This document shows positions 53,006 through 61,965 of a DNA stretch of 64,000 nt, piece after piece. The DNA comes from Clostridia bacterium (GTDB lineage Bacteria; Bacillota; Clostridia; Oscillospirales; CAG-272), in assembly GCA_017456005.1 (NCBI GenBank), contig JAFTLJ010000096.1, forward strand, positions 1,597 to 65,596, in the 5' to 3' direction. A program made the position numbers and the translations under genes. Position 1 is the first letter of the stretch. Every line of letters begins with the position of its first letter. The notes beneath the pieces are model-generated. The model searched no databases and had not been told where the DNA came from. It worked only from the letters and a program-made list of their open reading frames with translations.

Positions 53006-53368
53006 GTTATAAGATTGAGCGCTCTTATAATTTTAAAGAATTTTGAGTTCACTTGTGTGTTACTCTTTCTTTGTGATTTTATTATAGCATATATTTTTTG
53101 CGTTTTCAATTGACAAATTATAAGAATTGCACAATATTTTTTTGTATAATAGGGAGAACTTTGTGCAGTATTATAAATTATGCTTTACAAATACACATTG
53201 GATATGATATAATATTCTTGTAGCGCGGGTTTTGTGTGCCCGTGCTTTTTTTATTTTTGCGCAGTATTCAAAAAACTTGTGTCAATAAAACATTTTTCGC
53301 CATAAAATACGGTAGGAGAAGAAGCTCGGCAAGGGCTTTTCTCAATTACTTTTGGAGGAAGATGTTTT

Positions 53369-54217
53369 ATGCCTGAAAACAGAAATAACGTATGCGCAGG
53401 TGTAGACTTCGGACGCGACACGGTGTATATCGATACAAACAGAATTCTCGATTGCTGCCGCGATAAGGATTGCTTCGAGGACGTACCCGTTTACCTCGCC
53501 TCCCCCTGTGCTGAAGTTTTGCAGACTTGTGTAAATATCAGGACAAAAAGCGCCGAGATCATCGCCGCAAATATAGGGCTCGACGAAATTCCGTTCAGCC
53601 CCGGATTCTACCAAATAAATATAAGGATGTTCTTAAAAATAAAATTTGAAGTTTGCCTGGCAAACGGCAGGGCAGAGGAGGTTTGCGGGCTCTGCGTGCT
53701 CGACAAAAGCGTGATACTTTTTGGTGGCGAGGGCAACGTAAGCGTGTTCCGTTCCAAGGCGGAGGAGGGCTCCTTCTGTGCAGGTATACTTACGGGTAAG
53801 AAGCACACGAACCTGCCCACAGCCGTATTTGAGGTAGCGGCACCGATTATCCTCGGCACAAAGGTGGCAGATCTTATGCCCGGCATGCGTTGCGGCGTGT
53901 GCCCGTGCGACATTCCCGAATGCGTGGCGGATTGCTTCGACGGCTGTATGTCATACACTTCCAATATGCCGCGTATAATTACGGTTTCCATAGGGCTTTT
54001 CTCTGTTGTGCGTGTGGAGCGCCCGGGGCAGTACCTCGTTACGGGAACGGAATATGCCGTGCCGGAAAAGGTGTGCCCGCCCGATTGCCCGGAAAACCCC
54101 TGCGAAATGTTCCGCAGAATGAGCTTTCCCGTGAACGAATTTTACCCTCCCTCTGCCATAGGCTACCAGCCGAAGGTGCAGGCGCAGGGCGGCTGCGGAT
54201 GCGGCAAAGCAAAATGA
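53369..54217 (+). CDS. Cys/Pro-rich conserved hypothetical protein (possibly spore coat/exosporium)
   Basis: SD GGAGG; ILDCCRDKDC, many Cys, PCEMF..FPVNEFYPP, terminal GCGCG. Confidence 0.75.
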   Translation: MPENRNNVCAGVDFGRDTVYIDTNRILDCCRDKDCFEDVPVYLASPCAEVLQTCVNIRTKSAEIIAANIGLDEIPFSPGFYQINIRMFLKIKFEVCLANGRAEEVCGLCVLDKSVILFGGEGNVSVFRSKAEEGSFCAGILTGKKHTNLPTAVFEVAAPIILGTKVADLMPGMRCGVCPCDIPECVADCFDGCMSYTSNMPRIITVSIGLFSVVRVERPGQYLVTGTEYAVPEKVCPPDCPENPCEMFRRMSFPVNEFYPPSAIGYQPKVQAQGGCGCGKAK

Positions 54218-54334
54218 CATAAAAGAAAAAAACAGACTGTCGTCTCTGCTTTCTTAGCGGAGAAATAGGCTGCACAAAAAACATCGTCAGAGAACTTGTT
54301 TTCTCTGACGATTTGTGTTATAATGGAATGGGTG

Positions 54335-54874
54335 ATGAAGATGGATAACGAAAAAGAATTACCAAAACGAAAAGATATCCGTTTGAAAAACTTTGACTAT
54401 AGTTCTCCCGGTGCCTATTTTGTGACAATATGTACTGAAAACCGGAAAAATTACTTTTGGAGTGGTGAACTGAATCCGCAAATATTTGAATGGCACTCCG
54501 TAGGGGCGAACTGTGTTCGCCCGCAAAATCTCCCATTGTCCAACATTGGAAATGCCGTTCTAGAGGAATTGGAAAAATGGCATAAAACATATGAATCTGT
54601 GGCATTGTGTTCATACGTTATTATGCCGAATCATTTGCATATTATGATTTTCATCTCTGCCGATGAATACGGGCGACCGCAGGTCGCCCCTACGATAGAT
54701 AGGATGGTAAAGCAATTTAAGGGATCTGTTACCAAAAAGATTGGACATCCTATTTGGCAGAAATCTTTTATGGAACACGTAATCCGAAACAAGCATGATT
54801 TTGAAACCAGATCAAAATATATCTACGAAAACCCTCTTCGGTGGTACTATGACGAATTGTACGCGGAAGAATAG
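54335..54874 (+). CDS. REP-associated tyrosine transposase (RAYT, Y1 HUH family)
   Basis: RKDIRL..FDYSSPGAYFVTICT, YVIMPNHLH (HUH), WQKSFMEHVIR, YIYENPLRW. Confidence 0.9.
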   Translation: MKMDNEKELPKRKDIRLKNFDYSSPGAYFVTICTENRKNYFWSGELNPQIFEWHSVGANCVRPQNLPLSNIGNAVLEELEKWHKTYESVALCSYVIMPNHLHIMIFISADEYGRPQVAPTIDRMVKQFKGSVTKKIGHPIWQKSFMEHVIRNKHDFETRSKYIYENPLRWYYDELYAEE

Positions 54875-54932
54875 GGGCATGGGCTTTGCCCGATGCCTTT
54901 GTAAAACAAAGGCGAAACTGGCGCGATAAAAC

Positions 54933-55313
54933 ATGGAAGGAAAAAATATGAATATTCTGTATGATTTATATATTAGTTGCACTGAGGAAGAATGCGGCAA
55001 AAAATATTGGGCAGAGCATCTTATAGGTACTTTCAAAACTAAAGATAAAGCCACTACTACGATGAAAAAAGTAATGAGTGAAGGTAAACCGTTTTCAAAG
55101 CCCGATTGTGAGCCACGAATACAGGAGGTGGAATTAGTTGGAGAAATTTTAAATGTTGATTCTGTATATCGCTTTTTTGGATATAACAAAGATGGAGATA
55201 TAATTTGTAGCTCTTATTATGCAGAAAAAGCTACAGCAATCCAAGATTTCATAAGGGCAAAGAAAAACAATTATGGACGAGATTGGTCTTTGAACACCTA
55301 TAAATTAGGATAA
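54933..55313 (+). CDS. Hypothetical protein (AT-rich cargo)
   Basis: 126 aa ORF (start may be 54948), followed by hairpin CCCCCGACAGA..TCTGTCGGGGG. Confidence 0.6.
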   Translation: MEGKNMNILYDLYISCTEEECGKKYWAEHLIGTFKTKDKATTTMKKVMSEGKPFSKPDCEPRIQEVELVGEILNVDSVYRFFGYNKDGDIICSSYYAEKATAIQDFIRAKKNNYGRDWSLNTYKLG

Positions 55314-55408
55314 TTACCGTTTTTTTATACAAAAATCCCCCGACAGACTTTAGAAAAATCTGTCGGGGGGTATCTCTTTGTTTTTTGCGGATCAAATATT
55401 GCTTATCC

Positions 55409-55456
55409 GTAGGGGAGACCTGCGGTCTCCCGCGGGCGAACACAGTTCGCCCCTAC
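55409..55456. repeat. GTAG-type REP doublet (REPIN-like)
   Basis: GTAGGGGAGACCTGCGGTCTCCC-GC-GGGCGAACACAGTTCGCCCCTAC; sister REPs at 54500-54522 and 54671-54693. Confidence 0.88.
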
Positions 55457-55535
55457 CGTGTGTTTGTGAAAGATTTTGCGCTTTCTCCGCTAATTTTGCA
55501 CGCGCTCGTGCGACAGTCTGTTTTGCTATGTAAGC

Positions 55536-56024
55536 TTATTTTTCGGGAATGAATGCTCTGATAACAGCGAATACACCGTTGATTATGAGTATTACACCTG
55601 CAACGATAACAGTCCATTCGATAGCGGCGCCGCGGCTTGTGATAAGGAAGAAGGAAGCAACAAGACCGAGAGCAGGCTCGATAAGACCGAGAACAGTTGC
55701 GAGAATTTTGATCTTTCTGTTTTTAACAACTGCTACTATTGTTCTGATGATTTCGGCAAGGCTGTAAACGAGGATAACGATGCCGAGAACGAGGAGCGCG
55801 ATGTCGAGAAGCAACCAACCGATAAGAAGAACGGCTGCGCCGAGAAGAACTTTTACAATGCCGGATGCTATAGCGCCGCGAACGAGGTCGAGAATTGCGA
55901 GTACGATGAGGGCAACACCGAGAACGGAGATGCAAATGCCGATAACGTCAGCTTTTAGAATAACAAAGAGGATACCAAGTGCCAAGGTCATAGCAGCAGA
56001 GATGAGATGGGATGTGGTTTTCAT
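55536..56024 (-). CDS. DUF308/HdeD-like membrane protein
   Basis: SD AAGGAG; about six hydrophobic segments in repeated LG...L pattern. Confidence 0.7.
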   Translation of the reverse strand: MKTTSHLISAAMTLALGILFVILKADVIGICISVLGVALIVLAILDLVRGAIASGIVKVLLGAAVLLIGWLLLDIALLVLGIVILVYSLAEIIRTIVAVVKNRKIKILATVLGLIEPALGLVASFFLITSRGAAIEWTVIVAGVILIINGVFAVIRAFIPEK

Positions 56025-56311
56025 TGACAAACTCCTTAAAAAAATTGAATTTATACTTATTTAAAAGTATATGAATATATGGTTTCCGTTGCTGTTTAAC
56101 ATAATATCACAAAATATGTGTAAAGTCAACAAAAAAACAAAAAAATATTGTGCTGTACGACAATTTTTCGGTGTATCAAAATGCAAACATTTTGCATAAA
56201 AAGCATTGACAAACCCAAATCTATATGATATCATATTGATATCACAAGACAATGGTGTTTTATTATAAATATAGTAACTGTGCCGCTTCGCGGCAGAAGG
56301 AGTGTGCTTAT

Positions 56312-57025
56312 ATGCTGAAAATAGAAAATTTTACAAAATCATATGGGGAAAAGAAGGCGGTGGACTCGCTTTCGTTACATATACAAAAAGGCGAAATATA
56401 TGGCTTTATAGGCCATAACGGTGCGGGTAAAACCACGACGCTGAAGGCGGCGACGGGTATTCTCGATTTTGAGAACGGCGAAATATACGTAGACGGCGTT
56501 TCAATACGCAAGGACCCGATATCCTGCAAGAGAAAAATTGCTTATATCCCCGATAACCCCGATCTTTATGAATTCATGACAGGTATAAAATACCTTAATT
56601 TTATTGCAGACGTTTTCGGCGTGGGTGCGGCGGAGCGTGGCGAGCGTATACGCAAATACGCGGGGCTTTTTGAGCTTACGGCGAGCCTTGGTCAGCCTAT
56701 AAGCTCTTATTCACACGGTATGAAGCAGAAGCTTGCCATAATTTCCGCGCTTATACACGAACCCAAACTTATTATAATGGATGAACCATTTGTAGGACTT
56801 GACCCGAAGGCGGCGCATATTTTAAAGGAGATTATGCGCGAAATTTGCGCTCATGGCGGTGCGATATTCTTTTCCACTCACGTTCTGGAGGTCGCGGAAA
56901 AGCTTTGCGATAAGGTTGGAATTATCAAAGGCGGTAAGCTTATAAAATCCGGTACGATGGAAGATGTAAAGGGCGATGCTTCGCTTGAGGCTGTGTTCCT
57001 GGAGCTGGAGGAAGAAGATGATTAA
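56312..57025 (+). CDS. ABC transporter ATP-binding protein
   Basis: GHNGAGKTT Walker A, YSHGMKQK signature, IMDEP, STH. Confidence 0.93.
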   Translation: MLKIENFTKSYGEKKAVDSLSLHIQKGEIYGFIGHNGAGKTTTLKAATGILDFENGEIYVDGVSIRKDPISCKRKIAYIPDNPDLYEFMTGIKYLNFIADVFGVGAAERGERIRKYAGLFELTASLGQPISSYSHGMKQKLAIISALIHEPKLIIMDEPFVGLDPKAAHILKEIMREICAHGGAIFFSTHVLEVAEKLCDKVGIIKGGKLIKSGTMEDVKGDASLEAVFLELEEEDD

Positions 57026-58625
57026 AACTCTTATAAAAAAACAGCTTTTAGAGCTTTTTGCCACGATGTTCGGCAGAAGTGCTATTGGGAAAAAGGGAAA
57101 TAAAAAGGGCATGGTGGCGCTTTACGCCGTGTTGCTCGTTTACGTTTTCGGCGTATTTTCCTTTTTGTTTTACGGCACGGCAGATATGCTTTTCGGCTCG
57201 TTTGTGCCCATGGGGCTTGCTTGGCTTGTGTTTGCATTACTCGGTATAGCGGCCACGGGCTTTGGCGTGCTTGGCACGGTATTCCTTGCAAATTCCATGC
57301 TGTACAATGCAAAGGATAATGATCTTTTGCTTTCTATGCCGATAAAACCGAGCAACATAATAATTTCGCGTGTGTTTACCATATATATTATGGACTTTTT
57401 CTATGAAGCGATGATAATGTTGCCTTGCTTTGCGGCGTACATCGTGCGAGGCAACGTTTCATTCGGTATAATTTTCGGTGCCTTGGTGCTTCTTTTTGCG
57501 TTGCCGCTGCCCGCGCTTGCTATTTCGCTGGTGCTTGGCTTCATAGTGGCTCTTTTCTCCGGTAGAGTGAAGAATAAGAGCCTTGTTACAATGATCATTT
57601 CCGTGGCATTTATAATTGTTTATTTCTACGTCATTATGCAGGTGGAAAATTATATTGCCATGCTTGTATCAAACGGTGAGGCTATAGGGGCAGGCATAAA
57701 AACTTTCGTTTACCCACTCTATTCCATTGGCTTGGCGGGCACCGGAGATCTTCTCCATTTGCTTATTTTCACGCTTTTCTCTGTGGCTTTGTTTGCAATT
57801 ATATATTTGGTGGTTTGCAAAAGCTTTTTGAAGCTTGCTACTATGAAAAAGGGCGGCAAAAAAGCCGTATACCGCGAAAAAGCGTACAAAAACCGCGGCG
57901 GCGACATTGCCTTGCTGGGCAAAGAGCTTTCTCACATATGGGCATCCCCTATGTATCTTATGAACAGCTCGGCAGGTTCTCTTATATTGATAATAGGCGC
58001 AGTGGCTCTTTTGATAAAGCTTAATGATGTTTTGGTTATTTTGGAGTCGTTCCCCGCTTTTTCCGGCATTTTGCCTCTTATAGTGGGAGCAGCGATACTT
58101 TCTATATCCTCTATGAATCTTGTAACGGCACCATCTATTTCTTTGGAAGGTAAAAATATGTGGCTTTTGCGTTCGCTTCCCATTTCTGCGTGGAGCGTGC
58201 TTAAAAGCAAGCTTTCTTTGCATATGATTGTAAACGGTATTCCTACGCTTATTTTTGCAGTGATTTGCGCTGTGTTTTTGCCTATGAATATTGTTTCTCG
58301 TATATTTTTGCCCGTTTTGGCGATAGTTTTTAATCTTATGTTTGCCGCGATAGGCCTTGCGGCGAACCTGAAGCATCCGAGCTTCGATTGGACAAACGAG
58401 GTAGTGCCTGTAAAGCAGGGGCTTTCCGTGTTGCTCACGATGCTGGTGGGAATGGGTGTTACCATGTTCTTTGTCATAGCCTACATCGTGCTTGTGTTTG
58501 CGCTGGAGCTGGCATTGCCTGCGGAAATATTCCTCTTTGCTGTGTTTGTTATATGCTCTGCCGCTACAGTTTTGCTTTATTCCTGGCTTTACAAGCGCGG
58601 CACCAAAATATTTGAAACATTCTGA
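57018..58625 (+). CDS. ABC-2 type exporter permease
   Basis: About 12 TMs; LYNAKDNDLLLSMPI, SISLEGKNMWLLRSLPI, FDWTNEVVPVKQ. Confidence 0.85.
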   Translation: MIKTLIKKQLLELFATMFGRSAIGKKGNKKGMVALYAVLLVYVFGVFSFLFYGTADMLFGSFVPMGLAWLVFALLGIAATGFGVLGTVFLANSMLYNAKDNDLLLSMPIKPSNIIISRVFTIYIMDFFYEAMIMLPCFAAYIVRGNVSFGIIFGALVLLFALPLPALAISLVLGFIVALFSGRVKNKSLVTMIISVAFIIVYFYVIMQVENYIAMLVSNGEAIGAGIKTFVYPLYSIGLAGTGDLLHLLIFTLFSVALFAIIYLVVCKSFLKLATMKKGGKKAVYREKAYKNRGGDIALLGKELSHIWASPMYLMNSSAGSLILIIGAVALLIKLNDVLVILESFPAFSGILPLIVGAAILSISSMNLVTAPSISLEGKNMWLLRSLPISAWSVLKSKLSLHMIVNGIPTLIFAVICAVFLPMNIVSRIFLPVLAIVFNLMFAAIGLAANLKHPSFDWTNEVVPVKQGLSVLLTMLVGMGVTMFFVIAYIVLVFALELALPAEIFLFAVFVICSAATVLLYSWLYKRGTKIFETF

Positions 58626-58700
58626 TTTTGCTATTTACTTTTTTCAGCTTTTGTTGTAAAATAATGTTAGCTAAATTTCTTTTGCTAAGGAGGCAACATT

Positions 58701-58952
58701 ATGAAAAAAAGAATTTACAGAACGGAAAAAGATAAAAAGCTATGCGGTGTTTGCGGCGGCTTGGCTGAATACCTCGATTTAGATCCCACGCTCATGCGCC
58801 TTTTATGGGTGCTGGTGGCTTGCTTTACGGCAGGCACTGCTTTCGTTGCATATATAGTTGCGGCTATTATTGTGCCCAATAAATCCGAAGTGGAAAAAGA
58901 AATGCAGGAAGAAGCAAAAAAATCCGACGAAAATGTCAACGAAAATAAATAA
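58701..58952 (+). CDS. PspC domain protein
   Basis: KRIYRTEKDKKLCGVCGGLAEYLDLDPTLMR..YIVAAIIVP. Confidence 0.92.
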   Translation: MKKRIYRTEKDKKLCGVCGGLAEYLDLDPTLMRLLWVLVACFTAGTAFVAYIVAAIIVPNKSEVEKEMQEEAKKSDENVNENK

Positions 58953-59024
58953 TTTACGAAAAGCCCGCGCAGGTAAAATCCTGTGTGAGGGCTTTTTCGT
59001 CATTTTGAAAGGAATATATATTTT

Positions 59025-59888
59025 ATGAAGAAGATAATTTCTCTTATACTTGCGCTTTTATGCGCTTCCATGCTTACGGGGTGCAATTTTGGTATCAACT
59101 TTGTAAATCGTTATGGCAACTATGCCGATGCGAGTAAATATTCCGTGGGCAGCTTTACCTATGCCGCGGAAGACGTAGACGCCGTGGAGATAAACTGGGT
59201 AAACGGTGAAATAGAAATAGTGCAGAGCGAGCTTGCAGAGCTTTCTGTAACGGAAAATGGCGAAACACTCGATTCCGAAGAGCAGATGCACTATTATATC
59301 CGCAACGGCAAGCTCATTATACACTATTGCGAATCGGGCCATTTCGGCGAAATAAATTCCGCAAAGAAAAAGCTCCGCGTGGAAATACCCGTAGATGTAG
59401 ACGTAGATATAGATAACGTAAGTGCGGATATAAGCATAGGCGAAATGCGCGTGGGTGATTTCGAGCTTACCAACGTTTCGGGCGATGTAAGCTTTGCAGG
59501 TATTACCGCAGATTGGGATATAGATATCGAAATAGTAAGCGGAAAAATAGATGTAAAAAGCGTTTGTGCGCGTACATTTTCCGTAAACGGTGTTTCGGGC
59601 AATATAAATGCCGCAAAAATAGATGCAGACGAAATAGATATAGAAATAGTATCCGGAAAAACGGAGCTTGTGCTCGCGAGAGCGTGTGAAGTAGATATTT
59701 CCGGTGTGAGCGGCAACGTAAAGATCACCTTGCCGGAGGGTATCGGGGCAGAGGTAGAGCTCGACAGCGCAAGCGGAAACCTACACTCCGACAGAGATTA
59801 TACAAAAAAAGGCGACACTTATTTTTTCGGTGGCGGTGAAGCAAAAATAGATGTGGAAACCATCAGCGGAGAATTGTATATTTATTAA
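59025..59888 (+). CDS. DUF4097 beta-strand-repeat lipoprotein
   Basis: LTGC lipobox; repeated I..VSG.I/V units. Confidence 0.85.
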   Translation: MKKIISLILALLCASMLTGCNFGINFVNRYGNYADASKYSVGSFTYAAEDVDAVEINWVNGEIEIVQSELAELSVTENGETLDSEEQMHYYIRNGKLIIHYCESGHFGEINSAKKKLRVEIPVDVDVDIDNVSADISIGEMRVGDFELTNVSGDVSFAGITADWDIDIEIVSGKIDVKSVCARTFSVNGVSGNINAAKIDADEIDIEIVSGKTELVLARACEVDISGVSGNVKITLPEGIGAEVELDSASGNLHSDRDYTKKGDTYFFGGGEAKIDVETISGELYIY

Positions 59889-59906
59889 AATCAAAGGGAG
59901 AACATT

Positions 59907-61895
59907 ATGAAACAGGCAAAATGGATTTGGGCGCCGAAGGCGTTTGAGCTTTACCACGGAATGCTCGTACACAACAGAAGAACCATAGGCGGCACGTATC
60001 ATCCGCCGATGTGGCGTGTGGACGCACCGAGCAGAAATCTTTTCTTATATAAAACAGCGGTGCTTGAAAAAGAGGAAACGCTCGTTTTCCATGCTAATAC
60101 GAAAGATGCGGCGATCCGTGTAAACGGCAACGAATGGTGCCCGGAGGGCTCTGTGGTTAAATTGCCCGCCGGCAAGGTTATGGTAAAGGCGAATGCATAT
60201 AAAGACGGCGGCTTTCCCGCGTTTTATATAGAGGGGGACACGTTTGCCTCCGACGAAAGCTGGAAGCTTGGCTCCTACGGGCTTTCAGACCTGCCTGCAG
60301 GCACAAACGATATGTACACCGAGCTTTCAGATAACCCCGAGGTGTTCAAATTCGCATATAAGCGAATTTTCCCAACATCAAGCGAAAGCGTGTGCGGCGG
60401 CACCCTCTACGATTTCGGCAAGGAATGCTTTGGTAAAATAGTGGTTGAAAACGCCGAAAAGGAATGCTTCGAGGTTTTCTGCGGTGAATCGCGCGAGGAA
60501 GCGCTCGATACGCCCAATTCTATTGTAAAGCTTAGCATAAAATGCCAAAACGGCACGTGTAGCACCGAAAGCGTGGCTTTCCGATTTATTTTTGTGCCGA
60601 ATGAAGCGGGGAAATGTGATGTTTCCGCAGATTTTGAGTATTTGCCCGTAGAAAACCGAGGCTCCTTTACCTGCGAAGACGAGCTTGTGAACAAGATCTA
60701 CGATATGGCGGTCTACACGCTGGGGCTTAACTCTCGCGAAGCATATTTCGACGGCATAAAGCGCGACCGCTGGGTTTGGGGCGGCGACGCATACCAGAGC
60801 TTTCTTGCAAACTATTACCTCGCTTTCGACCTCGACACGGTGCGCCGCACCCTGCGTATTTTGCGCGGAGACGGCAAAATAGGCACGCACGTAAACACTA
60901 TACCCGATTATACGTTCTATTGGATAATAAGCCTTTGGGAATACTACTGTTACACGGGCGATAAGAGTTTCATTTTCTCTGCTTACCGCGATATGCAGGA
61001 TCTGCTCGAATTTTCCGAAAGTAGGCTTTCGGAAGATGGGCTCTATAAAAAAGGGCGCGGCGACTGGATTTTTGTGGATTGGGCAAATAACTTCGATAAG
61101 GATGCAGGGCCTATCTGCGCAGAGCAGATGCTGCTTTGCCACGCATATGAGTGCGCCGCAAAATGCGCCGAGCTTGTGGGCGATGTGGAAAAAGCACCTG
61201 TTTATGCGGCGCGTGCGCTCGATGTGCGCGAAAAAGTAAACGCGCTCTATTGGGACGAAGAAAAGCACGCATTTATAGACGATTATAAGAGCGGCAACAG
61301 AAACGTTACTCGCCATGCGAACATTTTCGCTATACTCTACGACCTTACGAGCGCAGAGCGCAAAGCGGAAATTATAGAAAAGGTTATAAAGAACGATGCT
61401 GTACCCGCCATTATAACACCTTACTTCAAGTTTTTCGAGCTTGCGGCAATGTGTGAAATAGGCGACCTTGCTTACGTTACAAATATGCTCCGTTCCTATT
61501 GGGGAGGAATGATAGCAGAGGGTGCCACGACCTTCTGGGAAACATACGATCCGAATATGAATGGTGCAGAGCATTACGGAATGTACGGAAGACCATACGG
61601 TAAGAGTCTTTGCCACGCTTGGGGTGCCACAACGCCGCTGTATATATTCGGCAAATACATTTTGGGCGTGCGCCCCACAGATGCAAACTATGCCAGCTTC
61701 GAGGTGCAGCCGTGCACGCAAACGCTGGGCTTAGGCGCATTTTCCGGTGTTGTACCCACGCCGCACGGCGATATAAAGGTCTGCGTAGGCAAGAGAAGCG
61801 TGAAAGTGCTTTCCGAGCTTTCGGGCGGCAAGCTCATAGTGGGCGGAAAAACGTACGAGATAGAAAAAGACAAAGAGATATGTATTGAAATCTAA
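59907..61895 (+). CDS. Alpha-L-rhamnosidase-like glycoside hydrolase (GH78)
   Basis: DGIKRDRWVWGGD, WIFVDW, GATTFWE, KSLCHAWGA. Confidence 0.88.
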   Translation: MKQAKWIWAPKAFELYHGMLVHNRRTIGGTYHPPMWRVDAPSRNLFLYKTAVLEKEETLVFHANTKDAAIRVNGNEWCPEGSVVKLPAGKVMVKANAYKDGGFPAFYIEGDTFASDESWKLGSYGLSDLPAGTNDMYTELSDNPEVFKFAYKRIFPTSSESVCGGTLYDFGKECFGKIVVENAEKECFEVFCGESREEALDTPNSIVKLSIKCQNGTCSTESVAFRFIFVPNEAGKCDVSADFEYLPVENRGSFTCEDELVNKIYDMAVYTLGLNSREAYFDGIKRDRWVWGGDAYQSFLANYYLAFDLDTVRRTLRILRGDGKIGTHVNTIPDYTFYWIISLWEYYCYTGDKSFIFSAYRDMQDLLEFSESRLSEDGLYKKGRGDWIFVDWANNFDKDAGPICAEQMLLCHAYECAAKCAELVGDVEKAPVYAARALDVREKVNALYWDEEKHAFIDDYKSGNRNVTRHANIFAILYDLTSAERKAEIIEKVIKNDAVPAIITPYFKFFELAAMCEIGDLAYVTNMLRSYWGGMIAEGATTFWETYDPNMNGAEHYGMYGRPYGKSLCHAWGATTPLYIFGKYILGVRPTDANYASFEVQPCTQTLGLGAFSGVVPTPHGDIKVCVGKRSVKVLSELSGGKLIVGGKTYEIEKDKEICIEI

Positions 61896-61965
61896 AAAAG
61901 AAAGGCTAAGAGGCCTTCCATAAAGCAGGGTATGACTTGCCGAAAAGCAAAAGGAGTACGAGCAA

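Larger units (their letters stand above)
52400..53074 (-). ncRNA. Candidate ~670-nt repeat-containing non-coding / minigene transcript
   Basis: Promoter TTGAAA (53109-53104)-17-TATAAT (53086-53081) with TG; terminator CAGGC-5-GCCTG-T7 (52421-52400); six AGGTRYRYWCCAA motifs; no ORF >60 codons inside. Confidence 0.55.
54242..55497. mobile_element. Cassette B (1256 bp): RAYT + cargo ORF + REP doublet inserted into a terminator hairpin
   Basis: Subterminal 12-bp IR TTAGCGGAGAAA (54254-54265)/TTTCTCCGCTAA (55482-55493); removal restores a perfect 18-bp hairpin. Confidence 0.75.

Noticed and set aside
52909-53109. 66-aa minus-strand ORF
   Set aside because: Its TTG start is the -35 hexamer of the promoter, upstream of the predicted TSS; no SD
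52705-54217. Complete type III toxin-antitoxin locus (repeats + hairpin + gene)
   Set aside because: The downstream ORF is a 282-aa Cys-rich protein with its own promoters, unlike ToxN/CptN/TenpN; kept only as an orphan-antitoxin hypothesis
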